Of a stretch of 64,000 nucleotides of DNA, positions 57,494-64,000 are shown piece after piece. Numbering within the stretch: position 1 is the stretch's first letter; every line of letters begins with the position of its first letter. Below the pieces are notes generated by a model. It was given only the letters and a program-made list of their open reading frames with translations, did no database searches and was not told the DNA's origin. The DNA is from Neophaeotheca triangularis (lineage: Eukaryota). The DNA lies in the NCBI GenBank assembly GCA_054600435.1, contig BAAIJX010000020.1, forward strand, positions 186,001 through 250,000, given 5' to 3'. Position numbers and translations under genes: made by a program.

Positions 57494-59032
57494 TCATTCC
57501 CCCAACCCCTCAGACCACTCCACCCATCGCCTAACACACTCATCCACGCCCCTGACCCCCTTCCGACTCGCCTCAACCTGAAACCACTCCCGATGCTCCT
57601 TACCACAAGCCCCGCAAACCCTCTTGACCTGCCGTTCGGCCAGCTCAAGATGAATCAATCGCTCCACGCGCTTGACATTCTGTACTTTCCTCACAAAACC
57701 GCTGCTAGTCTCGCTAGCTCTGCGAGGTGACGAGGGAGATAACGGGGAAAGGTCGGGGTAGAGGGAGGGTTGGGCGCTCTGGCGGTTCGGGGTGCGGCGA
57801 GGTGAGGGCAATGGGGAGGTGACAGGAGTGGTACCCGAGGGGACGTGTGGGTACCAGCGGATGAGGTTGAGGGCGTAGCCGCATTGGCGCTGCCATTCGT
57901 TCATGCGGCGGGTTATGTTGTTTGCGCGGCCGATTTTGAGCATAATGGTTTTGGGCTCGGGGTTCTTGGGGCCGGCGGTTTCGCGCGGCGAGGTGTGGAA
58001 AGAGTACTCAGTCATCACGTCGGAGATGCGGCGGTCATGGTCAGGTCGGGTTGGTGGAGAGAGTAAGGAGCGTGCTGTGCTTTCGGGTGGCGCTTGTTTT
58101 GTCTGTGGGGTTAGCCAGAAGATGTAGATGTAGCCTTCTTCGTCTGTGGGCGAGATTGGTTTGACTAGTTCGGCGAGGAGGGCGGACGTCGTTTGAGGGG
58201 ATAGGTGGGAGGGGATTAGTGATAGCAGCTGAGTTGACTGTGATTGACTTGAACCGAGACGTGGTGGGGTGGAGTGATCTCTTATCGGAAGGAAGATATT
58301 CGCTGGCGCCGAAGCCCTTTTGCTTTGTCTTCTGTCGTCAGTTGGCTGCTGCGGCTCGTTGGGGCCTCGTTTCCAAGGAGGAGTCGCATTCGGTGTTGGA
58401 GCCATCTCGGGCCTCTGCTGATCATTGACTTTTCTTCGATGACGAACAACCTCGACGTAGTCATCGTCCTGGGAGCTAGTCATACAACATAGACTGGACA
58501 AGAAGCCGTTCCTCTTCTTTGACGGTGGTTTTGAAGCACGATCATACTGTGTGGGTTCGTGTCTGCGATTCGGCCGGGGCACGTTATCATCAGTGCGCTC
58601 TTTCGGAGGCAGTCTGGCATCTGGCCCTGGACGCCGCTCCCTTCGCGGTGCTCTCTTCGAAGACACATCGCTTGATGCGATGCCTAAACGTTGTACCAGA
58701 GTATCGATGCTGCTCCTCTCTTGAAGCGGATACAATTGAGGGTCTCTTTGTTCCTTGCCTTTTGCCCCTCCCCGCTGTTCAACTGTGATATCTTGCGCCT
58801 GGCTCTTGTGTTGCCAGCAATAGAGATCTGCTTCAGTTCCTCCTCCGTCCTGATCTGTCAGACCGGCCCCGCCTAGATGTCGCTTGCTAGTCGTTGGTGA
58901 AGCTTTTGGGCTCGCCAGCGCTCTTCTGCACGGTCGACCGGCGGATGTGATGCCTCTGCATGTCGTAGATGGGTTCCTGCTATCGTTACGTCCTAGTAAT
59001 GCTTCTGGCGTGTTCGCAAATTGAGGAGGCAT
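57494..59032 (-). CDS. MUG113 / T5orf172 (GIY-YIG-like, DUF1766-type) domain protein
   Basis: N-terminal TCRGITSAGRPCRR...YCWQH; C-terminal GYIYIFW, LKIGRANNITRRMNEWQRQC, RVERLIHLEL and CGACGKEHREWF. Confidence 0.88.
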   Translation of the reverse strand: MPPQFANTPEALLGRNDSRNPSTTCRGITSAGRPCRRALASPKASPTTSKRHLGGAGLTDQDGGGTEADLYCWQHKSQAQDITVEQRGGAKGKEQRDPQLYPLQERSSIDTLVQRLGIASSDVSSKRAPRRERRPGPDARLPPKERTDDNVPRPNRRHEPTQYDRASKPPSKKRNGFLSSLCCMTSSQDDDYVEVVRHRRKVNDQQRPEMAPTPNATPPWKRGPNEPQQPTDDRRQSKRASAPANIFLPIRDHSTPPRLGSSQSQSTQLLSLIPSHLSPQTTSALLAELVKPISPTDEEGYIYIFWLTPQTKQAPPESTARSLLSPPTRPDHDRRISDVMTEYSFHTSPRETAGPKNPEPKTIMLKIGRANNITRRMNEWQRQCGYALNLIRWYPHVPSGTTPVTSPLPSPRRTPNRQSAQPSLYPDLSPLSPSSPRRASETSSGFVRKVQNVKRVERLIHLELAERQVKRVCGACGKEHREWFQVEASRKGVRGVDECVRRWVEWSEGLGE

Positions 59033-59982
59033 AGGGAAATACTCTCTTCAGACCTTGGCCTTTGTTGGCTGATGATGATGATAATGATGGTGGGGAGAAT
59101 GAAAGGTGTTGTGAGGGTGAGGATGCAAATGTGTTAGTTTCTACATTACCTACAATATCTGGCAATTGAAGAGATCGAAGACAGTCAATCTTGTCGCGTC
59201 GTTGAGAGCGCGCAAGGCATCCAATAACAGTCACCCGGATTCGACTCGACATTAGCGTGACGAAGGAGGAAAAGCAGCGGAACTCGCGAGGCTGCAGGTG
59301 GTTTGGTTGGTCAAGTGGCTGAGCTGGGTTTCTGGCCAAAAGCGGCCTAGTCTCGGCGCGTAAACATGTGACTGCCAAGCCTTTCTACAATAACACCACG
59401 TCGTCTTCGCTGCAGTCAGTACCTTAATGATACCTACCTACTGTTACTTATGCCCATGGTGCAGACACTGTCAACGATCCCCTTCTTCTTCGATGGCGAC
59501 GACGAGACATTAGGCTACTGGTAGACATCCAGACTACCGTGATAAGCCTTACCACACTAAGATGGACAGCAATCAATCATGACCTTGTGCTACACAGCTC
59601 TAGCATTCAGTTAGTATCCGCAAAAACAACCTCCTATCCTAGTCAAAGGCGCCACAGCGATGGCACCTACACAATCAAAGCGGAAAGGCATTCATCTATC
59701 AAACGTGTTATGCATGTGCTCTGCCCTTTAGTAACGTCACATCCCACCCAACCCACTAGCCATGACCCCTAGCAACGTGGAATGCAGTTGAACGAACAAA
59801 GATATGTCCGCTTTCAGCCAGTACACGTCCGTTTCGCGTAAGCATTGTTGTCTAGCAGACAATCTCTATCATTTGATAGACCTTGCAAGCCGCAGCGCCT
59901 TCCCCAAGATGCAAACTCAAACCTCAAGGCCTACACCTTGAGTTCCCAACCACTGCCATCCCAATTCAAAACCCCAGCAAAA

Positions 59983-60819
59983 ATGGACAAAGTCTCCAAA
60001 ACCCTCGTCGACCTCAGCATCGACTTCTTCGACAACCTCTCCGACCTCTACCGCCACCTGACCTACACCCTGCACCACCTGCTGCTCTCCCTCGAAAACA
60101 CAACCCCCATCTCCGCCCTCTTCGACCCCTGCGTCGACTTCTTCGTGAGCCTCCTCAACACCGCCTTCCACTACATCGGCGGCGGCGGCTACGTGCTCGC
60201 AGACGCGATAATCTGGCTCCTCAGCCTGATCCTCATCTACAGCAGCTTCACCCTCCTGGCCCGCCTCTGCGCCCTCGGCGGCCGCGACCCCATCTTCTAC
60301 TACTACGAAGCCAGCATCTCGACCCGCAGGCTCGTCGCCTGGCTGCTCGCGAAGCCCATCAAATGGCTCGCCCTCGCTTACCACAGCGGTCTCGTCTTCT
60401 ACCCCCCCGAGCACGCCGTCAGCACCGAGAGCGTCTGGTGGTGGCTCACTAGCTCCAAATACCACGTCTACAACAGCCTCGCGCGGCTTTTGGCCTGGGA
60501 GGTGGTGGTGCTGGTGACGGTCTTTGCTGCCAAGTTTGTGGCTTTCTATGCCCGGGGTGGGGGTTTGAATGTGAGGCCTGCGGATGTGCCGCCGCCGCCG
60601 CCCCCGGAGGCGGAGACCAAGGGGAATGCGGTGGGGTTTGAGGCTTTTGATCAGGGGTTTGATCTCGGGGCCGAGGCGGATGAGGGGCCTGAGGTGCAGC
60701 TTGAGAGGGAGTTGGCGATGGGGGGTGAGGCTGCTGGGAAGAAGACGAGGGGGAGGAAGGCGAGGTCGACGAGTACTAGGGCTTTTGAGAGGCGTGGGGC
60801 TAGTGAGGCGGAGGAGTAG
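59983..60819 (+). CDS. Hypothetical multi-pass membrane protein
   Basis: Intronless ORF from ATG 59983 with a strong third-position C/G bias, 2-4 hydrophobic segments and a charged tail. Confidence 0.7.
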   Translation: MDKVSKTLVDLSIDFFDNLSDLYRHLTYTLHHLLLSLENTTPISALFDPCVDFFVSLLNTAFHYIGGGGYVLADAIIWLLSLILIYSSFTLLARLCALGGRDPIFYYYEASISTRRLVAWLLAKPIKWLALAYHSGLVFYPPEHAVSTESVWWWLTSSKYHVYNSLARLLAWEVVVLVTVFAAKFVAFYARGGGLNVRPADVPPPPPPEAETKGNAVGFEAFDQGFDLGAEADEGPEVQLERELAMGGEAAGKKTRGRKARSTSTRAFERRGASEAEE

Positions 60820-61349
60820 GGTGTTCTCTCTTTGTGGAGGTGTGGGTCTGAGCGGCGGCTTGTTGTAACAGTTGATCCGCAAGCCGCTGTTGTCTCGAGT
60901 TTGCCACATATAGATGGTAGTATGGTGTTTGTGTCCCAGCATTAATGTTAGCAAACGTATGTTGTTGACGTGATTTTGTGTCAAGGTAGCTTCCGTGCGA
61001 CTACCGTGTGTCACCAAGACCGCCTCATTTGCCTGATCTGTCGTCAGGTCTGATAGCCAAAAACGCCAGCGACTCTCTAACTGGTCAAAGCCAGCAGCAC
61101 TTGAGGCAAGTCGTTCACCAGCAAGAGAACTAGTATTTCCTCCTCATGTCACCGCGATCGGCCACACGCAATTCGTACCCACAAAGAAACCAGATTCGGC
61201 GAAATCAGATGTTGTCTCGAGCATAAAATACCTCAGTTCATCACAAGCATTATCATAACCATACTATGTATGTATCACATGTACGCTCGACCCTCCCCGA
61301 CCACGCACCACATCTTCCCATGGTCCTCACACGCTCTCACAAAGCCCGC

Positions 61350-63078
61350 TCACTCCGGACCAGAGCCCCACTCCAAATCCTCACTAGTGGGCTGCACACA
61401 ACAGCCCGCACCAACATTGGCCTCGGCGTCCAACATGGGCTCTGGCGGGTACACGACGACGCGATCGATATCGGCGCTCCAAGTGCCGTTGCCATTGCTC
61501 AAACCACCGATAGTGATGGTGTTGTCGCCCTCCTGCAGCGGCAGCAACAGCGGCGTGGAGAGGATGATGCCCTTGTGAGTGTCGCGGGCGTACAGGGAGT
61601 GCACGTTGTCCCAGTCGTCGTTGACGACGACGCTGCTGATGCGGCGCAGGATCCACTCGCCGCCGACGCGGTCCGGTTGGCCGAAGGGCTGGTCGCCGAA
61701 ACCCATGTCGTCGATGTTTTGGTAGTAGAAGGAGACCCATTGCTCGGAGCCTTGGCCTTGGATGCCGGAGAGGGTGAGGGTGCTGTCGTTGCCGCAAATG
61801 TTGGTGGCGATGAGGCCGCCGGATGCGAAGTTGGCTTCTTGGAGGCGAGCGGCACCGGTCACTTCGCCGTCGTAGGCGTAGTAGGGCTCGCCTTCGATGG
61901 GTGTGTACTCGCCCGTTTCGAGATTCAGGTCGTAGACGTCGTACCAGAGGACCTCGAGTGTGCCGGTTGTATCGTTGATGGCCATGGGTAGCCAGATGTA
62001 GCGGGATTCCCACAACGAGACGTCGTCCCATTGGTCGCCCATGTAGAGGTAGGTGGTCGATTTGGTACCTTCGAAGCGCATGGCCATGCCGGATTGGGAG
62101 TTGAAGGTGCGCGTGTTGAGAGGGGCGACGATGAAGGGTTGGGACCAGGGGCCTTCGAGGTTGTCGGCTCGGAAGGCGACAACGTCTGTGGAGGTTGTTG
62201 TTAGGAGGGGAGCGTTGGGTGGTCGGTCGGTTGGCTGTGGAGGGTACTTACTGTTGGGCCTGTAGCCGGTCTTGTGGCTCATCATGATGTAGTAGCTCTC
62301 CTCAGTCTGAATGATGGCCGGAGCTTCCAAGTCGAACTTGTGGAAGCGGTGGACCAACTCTTCGGCTTCAGTGATGGCATCATTGTACCTGGTGATGTAG
62401 TTGTCACGGCCCCAGACAGCATCGCCGTTGCTGAAGAGGTTGTACACCTCGCCGGTCTTGTAGTCGGTGAACATGCCAAAGTCCTGCGAGTAGTTGCCGA
62501 GAGGCTGAGTAGCGTTTACGAATTCGTACGGGCCAGTGATGTCGTCCGATACGGCGAGACCTTGAAGTAACAATCCATAGGTCGAGTTGTCCGCGTGCCA
62601 CCACATGTGGTATTGGCCGGTGACCTCGCTGTATGCGACTTTGGGGCGCTGGATGATATCGTCGGACGACATGATCCAGTTGTCTTCATCGGGCTCTATA
62701 GATTACAGTAAGCTTCACATTCTCTTCTATCCATGTACTGTTATGGACCAACGTACCTAGGGCCAAATCCTCCCATGTCCAGTTCACCATGTCTTCCGAG
62801 CTGTAGCATGAGACACCGGCGCCCTCTTCCTGCCCGGGAATCTTGTACTCGCCGAACCAGTAGAACCTTCCATCTTCATGTCTCGTGATGCCTCCAGCGT
62901 GTCTGAGATTGAGATTAGTCTTACAAAATCCAAGTCCAACACATCCATGCAAAGCTGCTTACGCATTGACGAGCTCTCCACGGTTATCCCTCCATCGACC
63001 ACCGGGAACAATCCAAGCAGCATTGGCGACACTGCTAGCGGACAGCGCCGCGAGGGCATAAGAAGCGAGCCCTAACAT
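61350..63078 (-). CDS. Secreted GH43 glycoside hydrolase (beta-1,3-galactanase-like subfamily) with a C-terminal CBM35-like module; introns 62962-62903, 62756-62696 and 62251-62186
   Basis: Signal peptide MLGLASYALAALSASSVANA, then IVPGGRWRD...VNAHAGG, FYWFGEYK, VSCYSSEDMVNW, IIQRPKV, YHMWWHAD, DLEAPA, RTFNSQ, YMGDQWD and LQEGDNTITI...ADIDRVVVY. Confidence 0.9.
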
Positions 63079-63639
63079 TTTCAGACTCGAGAAGAAAAAC
63101 TTGGGAGCAAACAGCCAGAAAAGAGTTTCGAATCTGAGATGATCGACAGGAAAAATCCCACGGCTCTCTCCTTACCTATTGTTATATACCCATTGACGTC
63201 GCACAGCCAAGGCTCGAACCAAGCAGGTCCCGGTTCATTTTTCCACCGAGCAACAAGAGGAGACGACGTCGGTCAGGTTGTCGTTTGCATGAAAAGCTCT
63301 TGGAAGTTGGACATTCGACGTGAGTGTTGTGATGCTGCCAAGTACATCCCCGCATCCCTCAGGTCGGCTCCACTGAGGAGAGAATGCGGGCAGTAAAAGA
63401 GGTGGCGGGTCAAGGGGGCTACTCACCCGAATACGCGATCGCTAAGGGAACATGGGGAAACGGAAGGGATGTGTAGCTGGGGCAAGGTGGAGGTGATGAG
63501 AAGCGTTGCGCAGTAGCTTCTCGGCCATGTCAACTTTTCTTGAAGCGAGCTTCCCAAACAACGTTGATCAATTCGCGAATCAGAGGTATCGAACGCCGTT
63601 CCTGAAAATCGTACCGAAAATAGCTAGTAGAAGCTCCCA

Positions 63640-64000
63640 TCACTTCCGTCTGCCAGCGCGCGGCTTGGGGAAATCCAGAGGCAGCTTCAGCTTTGCTATC
63701 CTCGTTGCATTCGCAGCGGATTTGCTCAACTTCAACTTTTCCCGCTCGCTCTCCGTAGGCGCCGAAACCTTACATCCCAACTCATTAAAATACTGAGCTA
63801 TTTGTCTGTTCTCAAAGCGTAGATCCTCCTTCAAGTTCGTCGTGTTTGTAGTCCAGCCGTCGATGAACAAACTAAGAGCGCAGATATGAGTGTACAGGTT
63901 GTCCATGTGCCATTTGCTCAGCTCGTTGTTTTCGTTGCTGAAACGTTTGCGTACCGAGTCGACAACCTCTGGAGGGAATTGGTCCGCGGGTAGCTTTTCA
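63640..64000 (-). CDS. RPA49: RNA polymerase I subunit A49, 3' end (gene continues past the window end)
   Basis: Open frame ...VVDSVRKRF...DNLYTHICALSLFID...LKEDLR...QYFNELGCKV...RIAKLKLPLDFPK matches my recollection of the Rpa49 C-terminal tandem winged-helix region. Confidence 0.85.
   Translation of the reverse strand, partial: EKLPADQFPPEVVDSVRKRFSNENNELSKWHMDNLYTHICALSLFIDGWTTNTTNLKEDLRFENRQIAQYFNELGCKVSAPTESEREKLKLSKSAANATRIAKLKLPLDFPKPRAGRRK

Noticed and set aside
59917..61017. Long antisense ORFs over real genes (also 13878-14642, 30622-31416, 47971-48660, 54437-55246 and 61266-61991)
   Set aside because: These are expected shadows of GC-rich coding sequence on the opposite strand.
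1..64000. CRISPR arrays, intact transposons, rRNA and canonical tRNA genes
   Set aside because: I recognised no repeat-spacer array, transposase/RT/integrase ORF, LTR or TIR pair, or canonical cloverleaf.

Overview
This is a 64 kb gene-dense stretch of a filamentous ascomycete genome, with GT-AG introns carrying CTRAY branch sites and RIP-like TpA-rich relics; a Dothideomycete is my inference. Conserved genes, in order: HIS6 and FAF1 (divergent), a sulfotransferase-like P-loop protein, BUR1/CDK9 kinase, complex I NDUFB2-like subunit, a sugar porter, MIPC synthase (SUR1/CSH1 family), AP-2 mu subunit, V-ATPase subunit f (3 exons, absent from the ORF track), a small Myb-like protein, P5B-ATPase YPK9, STE12/SteA, aspartate kinase HOM3, a MINDY deubiquitinase, a stand-alone GAR synthetase, a MUG113/GIY-YIG-like protein, a GH43+CBM enzyme and the 3' end of RPA49. 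The most interesting unexplained signals are: (1) an accessory region (~16.5-26 kb) holding a head-to-head pair, a HeLo-like/pseudokinase-like protein and a helical-domain/C2H2 protein with an extra C-terminal domain, a candidate sensor/executor cell-death module; (2) a ~700-nt highly structured minus-strand RNA candidate at 3.4-4.1 kb with an internally duplicated, covarying domain; (3) a 121-nt tRNA-like structure at 10.4-10.5 kb; (4) a second intron-preceded structured RNA candidate at 39.2-39.8 kb; (5) a GAR synthetase lacking the usual fused AIR synthetase; and (6) a RIP-scarred 99-bp tandem repeat. Family names come from recalled motifs and structures from folding by eye; no searches or folding programs were run.
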